Assembly: GCA_002396885.1 (NCBI GenBank)
Contig: DGXY01000105.1
Location: 31,107 to 93,382, forward strand
Reading direction: 5' to 3'
Length of the DNA stretch: 62,276 bases
From: Akkermansiaceae bacterium UBA5020
GTDB lineage: Bacteria > Verrucomicrobiota > Verrucomicrobiia > Verrucomicrobiales > DEV007
Both the position numbers and the translations under genes were made by a program. Every line of letters begins with the position of its first letter. The stretch's first letter is position 1. This document shows positions 11,886-19,983 of this stretch, in pieces. Under the pieces are notes generated by a model that did no database searches, had not been told where the DNA came from, and saw only the letters and a program-made list of their open reading frames with translations.

Positions 11886-14135
11886 ATGAAGACCCCCTTT
11901 CATCTCCTCGCCGCCCTTCTGCTCGCGCCGTTGGCCGCGATGCATGCGGCTGATATCATCACACCGCCCGGCGACCGGAACCTGCCAATCAACCAGATCT
12001 ATCCGCCAGAGGCCTTCTATCACAATGGCAAAGGCGGTCGCGTGTTGGACGTCACCAAGCCGCCTTTCAACGCCAAGGGCGACGGCAAGACCGATGACAC
12101 GCAGGCGCTGTGCGACGCGATGCGGTTCGTCCGCGACCATTACGAAGACCTCGCGGGCGAAGGATATTCTTATTGCGGCTACAAGTTCGACCGGAACTGG
12201 ATCATTTATCTGCCCAACGGCGAGTATTTGGTCAGCAATACTATTAGCCAGGGCTGGCCTGCGCGCGCCTACGATATCAAGAAAGGCTGGGCAAATAGCG
12301 GCCGGGTATCGGTCGCATCGCCTGAGGCGGAAACGCCGGAGCTTGAACTGCGTGGCGAGCGAAACTACGGCATCCGCGTTGTCGGCCAGAGTCGGCAGGG
12401 AACGGTGATCCGGTTGAAGGATCAATGCCCCGGGTTTGAAAAGGGCAAGGAAAACGCCGTGCTCCAGTTCTACCTGCTCAAGAACGGATCGAGCATCAAC
12501 CAGGGGAATTACGCGCAGAACCTCACCATCCAAACCGGCAAGGGGAACCCGGGCGCGGTCGGCATGAAATGGAATGCGTCGGATTGGGGAGGGATCTACA
12601 ATGTAGCGATCCGGTCGGGCGATGGCAGTGGGCGAGCCGGGCTGATGATGGACCGGCGCAATGCGCACGGCTACCAGCACGACATCGTGGTGGATGGATT
12701 CGATGTCGGCGTCGAAATGGCGGCAGGCTCGGTTTCGCACGTTGTCCTGGAATACGCCACGCTAAGCAACCAAAGGGAGGTGGCCGTTCGCGTGAGTAAG
12801 AACGAAACCTTTTGCGGACGTAAACTTCTCATCCGGAATGCGCCCATGGCCTTGAGGGCGGCTGGTTCAGCACATGTGGTGCTGCTCGACTGCGAAGCCC
12901 TTTCAGACAAGAGCCTCGGCCCCGCCATCTCCGTGGAGGGAGGGCACTTGCTCGCGCGGGATATTCGTCTGTCGGGATTTGCTTCCGCCGTGGCCAAAGA
13001 CAAGCAGCCGGTGGTTACCGGCGATTTTATCGGGGAGTATGTCTCGGGTACAGCGGTTTCGGCGTATGCGGATGGACCGACCAAGACCCTGCGACTGCCG
13101 GTCAAAGAAACGCCGGTGATCTTGCCGGAAAGCGACCTGATGAAGTGGGCGAGTGTGGATGATTTCGGCGCAAAGGGCGACGGCCTCACTGATGACACCG
13201 AGGCCGTGCAACGGGCAATGGACTCCGGCAAGCCGGTGGTCTGGTTTCCGAAGGCTTGTTATGTGATCAACGGAACGGTCGCGATCCCGGCCACCGTGAG
13301 AGAAGTCGCTTTTCTGTGGTCGAGTGTTTATCGCACCGATCCTGCCCAACCAACCAACCTGACGGCGCAACAGGCCGGAGAGTTGCTGATCAAGGACGAG
13401 CCTGCAGAGGCGTTCAAGCCGGCGCTCTTTCGGGTGGCACAGAGTTCCGACCAGCCATTGCTGATTCACCAGGGGCATCATGCGGGTAGCGTTTTCCTGG
13501 ATCACGAGGCGCAACGCCCGGTGATCCTCGAAGACATGATCACCTGGTGGATCCATACCCACTACTTCTCACGAAGCCCCGGCATGTTATTCCCGGGCGC
13601 GGCGGCACAAAAGACAAGTCTCCCGCGGCTGTATCGGAACACAAAGCCGGAAGGGGCCCCCAAGGAGGTCTTTGCGAACATGGTGATGGGATTTGCCGGC
13701 GGGGGAGACGATGCCAGCCTGGCAGTCAAGAATGTCCACGCCTGGGTGCGCCAACTCGAAAACTCGTATTATATCGTCGAAGTGGCGTTCAAGCACTCAG
13801 ATGCTTGGATCTTGGGCTACAAGGGTGAAATGGCAACGCCCAGCGGGACATTCTTCCATGCCAGTGACCAATCCCGCCTCGAACTGCTGGGCGGACTTTA
13901 CCACGTCCGCAATGGCCAATCATCACTTCCATTGGCGGTGTCAATGGACTCTGAGGTTGCCCTGAGCCTCAACGCTTTTGGCGGCTCCAAACTCCATGAT
14001 CCCGTTCAATCGGTCATGCTGCGCGACGAACGCGAGGGGCAGGTGACCGAAGTTCCGGAAACCCGGTTCGAACCGCGGCGGGCCATCGCCCCCGGCGAGA
14101 AGATCATTCCCCTGATCACGAACACTCCGAAATGA
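11886..14135 (+). CDS. pectate-lyase-superfamily protein with two tandem right-handed beta-helix domains (GH55/GH28-like)
   Basis: Two copies of the Pectate_lyase_3-type motif: NAKGDGKTDDTQALCDAM near aa 60 and FGAKGDGLTDDTEAVQRAM near aa 425. Signal peptide ALLLAPLAAMHAAD. 749 aa. Confidence 0.7.
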   Translation: MKTPFHLLAALLLAPLAAMHAADIITPPGDRNLPINQIYPPEAFYHNGKGGRVLDVTKPPFNAKGDGKTDDTQALCDAMRFVRDHYEDLAGEGYSYCGYKFDRNWIIYLPNGEYLVSNTISQGWPARAYDIKKGWANSGRVSVASPEAETPELELRGERNYGIRVVGQSRQGTVIRLKDQCPGFEKGKENAVLQFYLLKNGSSINQGNYAQNLTIQTGKGNPGAVGMKWNASDWGGIYNVAIRSGDGSGRAGLMMDRRNAHGYQHDIVVDGFDVGVEMAAGSVSHVVLEYATLSNQREVAVRVSKNETFCGRKLLIRNAPMALRAAGSAHVVLLDCEALSDKSLGPAISVEGGHLLARDIRLSGFASAVAKDKQPVVTGDFIGEYVSGTAVSAYADGPTKTLRLPVKETPVILPESDLMKWASVDDFGAKGDGLTDDTEAVQRAMDSGKPVVWFPKACYVINGTVAIPATVREVAFLWSSVYRTDPAQPTNLTAQQAGELLIKDEPAEAFKPALFRVAQSSDQPLLIHQGHHAGSVFLDHEAQRPVILEDMITWWIHTHYFSRSPGMLFPGAAAQKTSLPRLYRNTKPEGAPKEVFANMVMGFAGGGDDASLAVKNVHAWVRQLENSYYIVEVAFKHSDAWILGYKGEMATPSGTFFHASDQSRLELLGGLYHVRNGQSSLPLAVSMDSEVALSLNAFGGSKLHDPVQSVMLRDEREGQVTEVPETRFEPRRAIAPGEKIIPLITNTPK

Positions 14136-14181
14136 AAAGAAATCAAAAACAATCGCGCAAACCGTAAAGGGATCTGCGTTT

Positions 14182-16209
14182 ATGAAACGAACCCTCACCC
14201 TCTTCTGCGCTCTGCTGCTCGCGCCGCTTACCGCGATGCACGCCGCCGAGCTGAGGCTGCCCTCGATCTTCTCCGATCACATGGTCCTGCAAAGCGGGAA
14301 AGCCGTCCCCGTGTGGGGCTGGGCGGATCCGGCGGAGGAGGTGGCGGTGGAGTTTGCGGGCCAGAGCCAGAGCACGACGACGAACGCGGATGGCAAATGG
14401 AGGGTGAAACTCGATGCCCTCGAAGCCAGCGCCGAGTCCCGTGAGCTGGTCGTGAAATCGCTGACCCGGAACCGCAGCCTGAAGGTCGCCGATGTGCTCG
14501 TGGGCGAGGTGTGGGCGGGCGGCGGGCAGTCCAACATGGAGTTCGACCTGAAGGCGATCACGAGTGCGGCCGCCGAGATCGAGGCCTCGGCGAACCCGAC
14601 GCTGCGACAGTTTCATGTGCTGAAAAACCCTTCCGCCGATGCTCCGGCGGACGATGTGCCGGGCCACTGGACCGTGGCACGTCCGGGCACGACGGAGGAT
14701 TTCATCGCGGCGGGCTACTACTTCGCCAAAAGCATCCAGCGTGAGCTGAAGACGCCTGTTGGCCTCATCAAGGTCTGCTGGGGAGGCTCGAAGGTGGAGC
14801 CGTGGATCAGTCCGGCCTCGCTCGCCAGCGTGCCCGCGCTGGCGGCAGGTGCCAAGAACATGGATGCGATGAGCGAGCGCAACAAAAGCGCCTTCCGCGA
14901 GTGGTTGAGGCAAACGCAACGCGAAGACCGCGCCTCGGGCGAGGTGTCGCGATTCCTCAACGGACCCGTTTCGACCGACGACGGCTGGGTGGCGGTGAAG
15001 GACAGCGGGCCGGTGTCCGATCCTTCCTTGCCCCACTACGGCGCCTTCTGGTTTCGCAAGGAGGTCTCCTTGAGCGCACGACAGACCGGCGCGGTGCAGG
15101 TCTTGCAGTTCGGTCCCACGGCGCAGTTTGATCAGGTGTATTGGAACGGCACCCTCATCGGCGAACGTTCGGTGGACAACTTCACCGGCCTCATCAGCGT
15201 GCGTCATTACCTGATTCCGCCCGCGCTGTTGAAGGAGGGCGTGAACCAGCTCGCCGTGCGCCTCTTTGCTCCGGCCGAGCCGCCGGGATTCAGTTGGTTC
15301 CCCAGCGTGGGCACCACGAAGATGCTCGGTGGCTGGATGGCAAAGGCGGAGTATGCGCTGCCTCCGCTCGATGCCGACGGGAAGAAAGCCGTTCCACCAC
15401 TCACCGGCCAGCACGTGCTGCCCGGCAGGCTCTTCAACGGCATGGTGCATCCCATTCTGCCCTATGCCATTCGCGGCGTGCTCTGGTATCAGGGCGAATC
15501 CAACACGGGCAACGCCAGCCTCTACCGCACCGCGTTTCCTTTGCTCATCCAAGACTGGCGGCAGCACTGGGAGCAGGGCGATTTCCCCTTCTACTTCTGC
15601 CAGCTCGCCAACTACCGCGCGAAGACAACCCAGCCCGGCGAGAGCGTGTGGGCGGAGCTCCGTGAGGCGCAGGCGAAGACCCTCTCCGCGCCCCACACCG
15701 GCATGGCCGTGCTCATCGACACCGGCGAATCCGAGGACATCCATCCGCAAAGCAAGCAGGTGGCCGGTGAACGCCTTGCCCGGATCGCGCTCGCGAACAC
15801 CTATGGCCGCGAGGTCGTGTTCTCCGGTCCGCTTTACACGTCGATGAAGATCGAGGGCAGCGCCATCCGGCTGGGCTTTGACCACCTCGGTGGCGGACTC
15901 GTCGCCAGGGAAGTGCCCGCGACTTATGACGTGATGCGCAAGGCAGGCAAAACCGCGCCGCTCGTTCGCAACAGCCCGCAGAGTCCGCTCGAAGGCTTCG
16001 CCATCTGCGGTGCCGACCAGCAATGGGTCTGGGCCGAAGCGAAGGTCGAGGGCGACACCGTGCTCGTCTCGTCAAGCCAGGTGACCGCGCCCATCGCCGT
16101 GCGTTATGCTTGGGCGGACAATCCGACCTGCAATCTCTACAACCAGGCCGGCCTGCCCGCCTCGCCCTTTCGCACCGATGATTGGCCTGCGCCTGCGGTG
16201 AAGAATTGA
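14182..16209 (+). CDS. sialate O-acetylesterase family protein (second, longer paralog)
   Basis: DHMVLQSGKAVPVWGWA, GEVWAGGGQSNM, VLWYQGESN. 675 aa with an extra central domain. Signal peptide ALLLAPLTAMHAAE. Confidence 0.8.
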   Translation: MKRTLTLFCALLLAPLTAMHAAELRLPSIFSDHMVLQSGKAVPVWGWADPAEEVAVEFAGQSQSTTTNADGKWRVKLDALEASAESRELVVKSLTRNRSLKVADVLVGEVWAGGGQSNMEFDLKAITSAAAEIEASANPTLRQFHVLKNPSADAPADDVPGHWTVARPGTTEDFIAAGYYFAKSIQRELKTPVGLIKVCWGGSKVEPWISPASLASVPALAAGAKNMDAMSERNKSAFREWLRQTQREDRASGEVSRFLNGPVSTDDGWVAVKDSGPVSDPSLPHYGAFWFRKEVSLSARQTGAVQVLQFGPTAQFDQVYWNGTLIGERSVDNFTGLISVRHYLIPPALLKEGVNQLAVRLFAPAEPPGFSWFPSVGTTKMLGGWMAKAEYALPPLDADGKKAVPPLTGQHVLPGRLFNGMVHPILPYAIRGVLWYQGESNTGNASLYRTAFPLLIQDWRQHWEQGDFPFYFCQLANYRAKTTQPGESVWAELREAQAKTLSAPHTGMAVLIDTGESEDIHPQSKQVAGERLARIALANTYGREVVFSGPLYTSMKIEGSAIRLGFDHLGGGLVAREVPATYDVMRKAGKTAPLVRNSPQSPLEGFAICGADQQWVWAEAKVEGDTVLVSSSQVTAPIAVRYAWADNPTCNLYNQAGLPASPFRTDDWPAPAVKN

Positions 16210-16326
16210 GGCGCGAAAGGACTTGGAATCGCTGTCCTAGACCGCTGTGGACTCAAACACCAGTTTGGCCGAAATGCGGCTTTGCCCCTCGCGTTTCGAG
16301 AGCTTCCAGTGATCAACTCAGACGCA

Positions 16327-17850
16327 ATGCAACACAGACTCACTCTCCTCCTCACCGTCCTACTGCTCGCGACGTCGGCCGCGCCGGTTGATGCTGATAC
16401 AAAACCAACAAATCCCAATGTCCTCCTCATCCTCGTCGATGACATGGGTTGGGGCGATCCGCAGTGTTTCAATGCGCAGTCGAAGATTGCGACACCACAC
16501 ATCGACAAGCTGGCGGAGGAGGGCATGAAGTTCACGAATGCTCATGCGGGGGCGTCCATTTGTGTGCCAAGCCGGTATAGCCTGCTCACGGGGCGGATGC
16601 CGTATCGCAATTGGAAGACGACAGGCGTAAAGGGCGTGAGGAAGCAGATCAAGAATGGCCGCGAGCTGATTCATTTCCCGCAGCCGCAGCTCCACGCAGA
16701 GCCGGGTCGATGGAATCTTGCCACACTGATGAAGCGCCAGGGTTATGCGACGGCTTGCGTGGGCAAATGGCATCAAGGCATGTCTTCCAAGGCCGAGGCG
16801 GATGGCACGCTGAAGATGTCGCCCCTGGACTTTGGCTTCGATTACTACTTCGGCTTCGATGCGCCGGAACAGGGGCCGTATGCCTGGATCGAAAACCGGC
16901 TCTTCGTCGTCCCACCGACGGAGACGATGGCGGATCATCCGGGTGAGGGTGTGACGAATCCCGAGACGCAAGGCTTGCACTGGCGCAAAGGCCCGGCGGC
17001 TCCGGGATGGGAGTTCGAGGGCTATCTTTCCACGATTGGAGACAAGGCGGATGCTTGGCTCGAAAAACAAACCCAGAACAACGCCCCTTTCTTCCTCTAC
17101 TACGCCATCCCCGCGCCTCATGCGCCGTGGGCGACAGCGAGCGAGTTCAAGGGAAAGAGTGCTGCAGGTCAATACGGCGACTATGTGATGAACGTGGACG
17201 CCATGATCGGCCGGGTGATGGCGACTTTGGAGAAGCTGAAGCTGAACGACAACACACTCATCGTCTTTTCCAGTGACAATGGCCCGGTCTGGTACGCGCA
17301 GGACATCGAGAAGTTCGGCCACCGCTCCGCCGGTCCGTGGAATGGGATGAAAGGCGCGCTCACCGATGCTGGACATCGCATGCCTTTCATCGCGAGTTGG
17401 CCGGGCAAAATCGAGGCAGGGAGCTCGTGCGGTGAGTTAATATGTTTCACGGACATGATGGCAACGATGGCCTCGCTGCTCGGCGAAAAACTCCCCAACG
17501 ATGCCGGTGAGGACAGCTTCGACATCTCACCCCTGCTGCGCGGCGAGAAGCCCGCGCAACCGATCCGTAGCAGCATGGTGCATGTGAACTACGGCTCCTA
17601 CACGCTTGCCATCCGCGATGGCGATTGGAAGCTCATCCTGCCATCAGGAGTCTATGCGGTGCAGGACGGCACCGTCACCCCGGACCGCATCGTCGAGACC
17701 CAAGGCAAAGGCCCCAACAGCCAGTTCCAACTCTATAACCTCCGCGCCGATCCCAGCGAGGCCACGAATGTCTTTACCCAAGAGCCCGACAAAGCGAGAG
17801 AACTCTTCATCGCCCTCAAGGCGGACATCGCCCTCGGACGCAGCCGATGA
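16327..17850 (+). CDS. sulfatase (Cys-type)
   Basis: LLILVDDMGWGDP and the CVPSRYSLLTGR motif. The ORF track begins at 16282, but ATG 16327 gives a classical signal peptide. Confidence 0.9.
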   Translation: MQHRLTLLLTVLLLATSAAPVDADTKPTNPNVLLILVDDMGWGDPQCFNAQSKIATPHIDKLAEEGMKFTNAHAGASICVPSRYSLLTGRMPYRNWKTTGVKGVRKQIKNGRELIHFPQPQLHAEPGRWNLATLMKRQGYATACVGKWHQGMSSKAEADGTLKMSPLDFGFDYYFGFDAPEQGPYAWIENRLFVVPPTETMADHPGEGVTNPETQGLHWRKGPAAPGWEFEGYLSTIGDKADAWLEKQTQNNAPFFLYYAIPAPHAPWATASEFKGKSAAGQYGDYVMNVDAMIGRVMATLEKLKLNDNTLIVFSSDNGPVWYAQDIEKFGHRSAGPWNGMKGALTDAGHRMPFIASWPGKIEAGSSCGELICFTDMMATMASLLGEKLPNDAGEDSFDISPLLRGEKPAQPIRSSMVHVNYGSYTLAIRDGDWKLILPSGVYAVQDGTVTPDRIVETQGKGPNSQFQLYNLRADPSEATNVFTQEPDKARELFIALKADIALGRSR

Positions 17851-17877
17851 TCGAGAAAATCCTCGCTCGCTAAAACG

Positions 17878-18942
17878 ATGAAACCCATCCCCGCACTCTT
17901 CACCGTTCTGCTGCTAGCTCCGCTCGCGTCTCCGCATACCGTTGATGCTTCTGACATCACCATCACCGACCGGGCCGTCGTCTTCCGGCACACGGGCACC
18001 GATCCCGAAGATCCGGCGAACACCTCGGGCTACAACTTCGGGCCGAGTGTCACCCTGCTGCCGGATGGACGGGTCATGGCCGCGTGGTTTTCCGCCCCGT
18101 CCGAGGGCGCGGAGTCGCAGCGCCTCATGCAGGCCTTCTCATCGGATCAAGGCCGCACCTGGGGCGGGGCGACGGTGCTGCAGGATTTCGAAGGCGCGGC
18201 GGACTTTGATCCGGCCTTGTTCGTCGCTGGGAAAGACACCTTCCTCTTTTTCTCCGCGATTCATCCGAAACTCGACGTTTTCTTCCGCCGCAGCAGCGAC
18301 TCCGCGAAGACCTGGTCCGATCCGGTGAAAGTGGGTCAAGTCAATCACACGACCCGGTCCAATGGGATCCGCCTTTCCACCGGCGAGCTGCTCGTGCCGC
18401 TCCACCTGCGCGGGACGAAGAATGGAGGGGTCCTGAAATCGCGCGATGGCGGCAAGGCCTGGGAGCGTTTCGGTGCGGTCGCGAATCCGGAAGGACAGGG
18501 CGGCGAGCCGACCATCGCGGAGACGAAGTCGGGCGCGATCCACATGATCCTGCGCACCAAGGATGGGCAGCTCTGGCGCGCCATCAGTCGTGACCGGGGT
18601 GAAAGCTGGAGCGCGGCGGAGAAGACCGGCCTCGCCTCCACCTCGTGCGCCTCGCATCTGCTGGGCACGCGCGATGGCAGACTCGTCCTCACCTACAACC
18701 CCGGCCCCGATCCGCTGCGGTTCCCGCTCTTCATTCGCACCTCGCGCGACGAGGGAATCACCTGGAGTGAGTCCACGCTGCTAGCCGACCGTCCCGAGAA
18801 GGTGGGCGGCTGGTCGATCTGCTATCCCGCGCTCACCGAACTGCCCGACGGCATCCTCGTCGCGATCTGGGCGCAAAAGAAAGATTGGACCGGCGGGCTC
18901 TACAGCGACATTCATTCGGCGCGGGTCACCCTGAGGGACTGA
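17878..18942 (+). CDS. BNR/Asp-box repeat exo-alpha-sialidase-like protein (GH33-like)
   Basis: Five Asp-box repeats (SSDQGRTW, SSDSAKTW, SRDGGKAW, SRDRGESW, SRDEGITW). Signal peptide VLLLAPLASP. No clear RIP motif was seen, so the sialidase assignment is family-level only. Confidence 0.65.
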   Translation: MKPIPALFTVLLLAPLASPHTVDASDITITDRAVVFRHTGTDPEDPANTSGYNFGPSVTLLPDGRVMAAWFSAPSEGAESQRLMQAFSSDQGRTWGGATVLQDFEGAADFDPALFVAGKDTFLFFSAIHPKLDVFFRRSSDSAKTWSDPVKVGQVNHTTRSNGIRLSTGELLVPLHLRGTKNGGVLKSRDGGKAWERFGAVANPEGQGGEPTIAETKSGAIHMILRTKDGQLWRAISRDRGESWSAAEKTGLASTSCASHLLGTRDGRLVLTYNPGPDPLRFPLFIRTSRDEGITWSESTLLADRPEKVGGWSICYPALTELPDGILVAIWAQKKDWTGGLYSDIHSARVTLRD

Positions 18943-18982
18943 GCGGCCGAATCCTCGGGCTGTGGGGGTAGAAAGGGAGGGG

Positions 18983-19414
18983 TTAGGGTCCTACTAACAA
19001 ACCCACCGCTTGTGCCAGTGAGCCCTGTCGGCCGTCAAAGGTCCAGAATTCCTTCGCGCCCGCGTCGAGTGAGGCTGCGACTTGCAGGATGTCGTAGGCG
19101 CGATGTCCGCCGCTTTCCGTGTTCGCGGCGGAGAGGGATTCCGCGATGAGGAAAATTCGGTTCGTGTCGCAGGGAAGTTGGACGACGCGCCCGGCGGCCT
19201 TATCCGTTTCATAGGCCGAAATTTGGGTCCGAAGTGAAGCAGGCGTGATTTTTCCACGAAAAACAAGCAGCCTCAGGGCGTTTGAAAACTCGAAATCATT
19301 CACGGTTGTCACATGAATGGGAAGGGCACGGGAGGAGACCAGTTCCTTTGCTGCGGGTGTATTCACATCCCGACCATAAAGCGAGATGAGAAAGCTCGTG
19401 TCCGCGAAGATCAT
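18983..19414 (-). CDS. vapC: type II toxin VapC (PIN-domain ribonuclease)
   Basis: 143 aa. The N-terminal MIFADTSFLISLY carries the conserved PIN aspartate. It lies 12 nt downstream of an antitoxin gene. Confidence 0.85.
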   Translation of the reverse strand: MIFADTSFLISLYGRDVNTPAAKELVSSRALPIHVTTVNDFEFSNALRLLVFRGKITPASLRTQISAYETDKAAGRVVQLPCDTNRIFLIAESLSAANTESGGHRAYDILQVAASLDAGAKEFWTFDGRQGSLAQAVGLLVGP

Positions 19415-19426
19415 CCCGGAGCCGAC

Positions 19427-19666
19427 TCAAAAACGGCTGCCCATTTCTTCGTAAAGATCCTCAAGATCCTCCTTGGACAGAACCGGCTCACCAGTGACCT
19501 CGCGTTGAAACGCCGCGCTTTTGTTCCAGTCCACAGTCGATCCGATGACTGAGGGTGACGAGGAACGCTTGGCATCCGGCTTCACCATGACTTCTTCTCC
19601 GGCCTCCAACCATGCGAGGATCGTGGGCAGCCGCGTCGTCAGGTCGCTGGCGTTGGCAGTTTTCAT
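19427..19666 (-). CDS. type II antitoxin, Phd/YefM-like
   Basis: 79 aa from ATG 19666 (MKTANASDLTTRLPTILAWLEAGEEVMV...). The ORF track extension to 19930 is a spurious upstream read-through. Confidence 0.7.
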   Translation of the reverse strand: MKTANASDLTTRLPTILAWLEAGEEVMVKPDAKRSSSPSVIGSTVDWNKSAAFQREVTGEPVLSKEDLEDLYEEMGSRF

Positions 19667-19825
19667 GGGAACAACGTTCTTTATTCCATGGTTTCTGTCA
19701 ATCCAATCCCCCACTGGGCAAGCGTCGTTCCCATGAAACCGGAGAACCTTTTCCGATCTGTTGAGACTTATCCTTGGCCAGTCGTGTCGTCCGAAACCCT
19801 CGGGCGTATTCGCAGGATGGGACAC

Positions 19826-19876
19826 GGGAATGGGGACAAAGGAATTGATCTTTTTGCATTTCCTTGTCCCCATTCC
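19826..19876. repeat. Family-1 intergenic hairpin element, copy B (GGGAATGGGGACAAAGGAA ... TTCCTTGTCCCCATTCC)
   Basis: Near-perfect 17-18 nt inverted repeat with a 15-nt loop. It sits between the TA operon start and the DUF1552 gene start. Confidence 0.6.
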
Positions 19877-19983
19877 TTTGTCCTTCCCTGTCGAGATTTC
19901 GCCAAGAGCATCGTATTTCTCTGAAAGCACCGCGTTTCCGGACCGTCCCTCATGCCTCCGAGCCCTTGCGCCACTCCACCCTC

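Noticed and set aside
14143-16023. 626-aa minus-strand ORF antisense to the second sialate O-acetylesterase gene
   Set aside because: Arg/Gly/Ala-rich low-complexity translation, typical of antisense frames in ~62% GC DNA. The plus-strand product has clear family motifs and a signal peptide.
19667-19930. N-terminal extension of the antitoxin ORF to 167 aa
   Set aside because: The extension runs through the intergenic repeat element and has no antitoxin-like sequence. The conserved Phd/YefM-like N-terminus begins at the internal Met (19666).
19864-19983. Upstream extension of the DUF1552 ORF (MSPFLCPSLSRF...)
   Set aside because: It is translated from the hairpin repeat. The twin-arginine signal MNRRQFLR at 19984 is the natural start.
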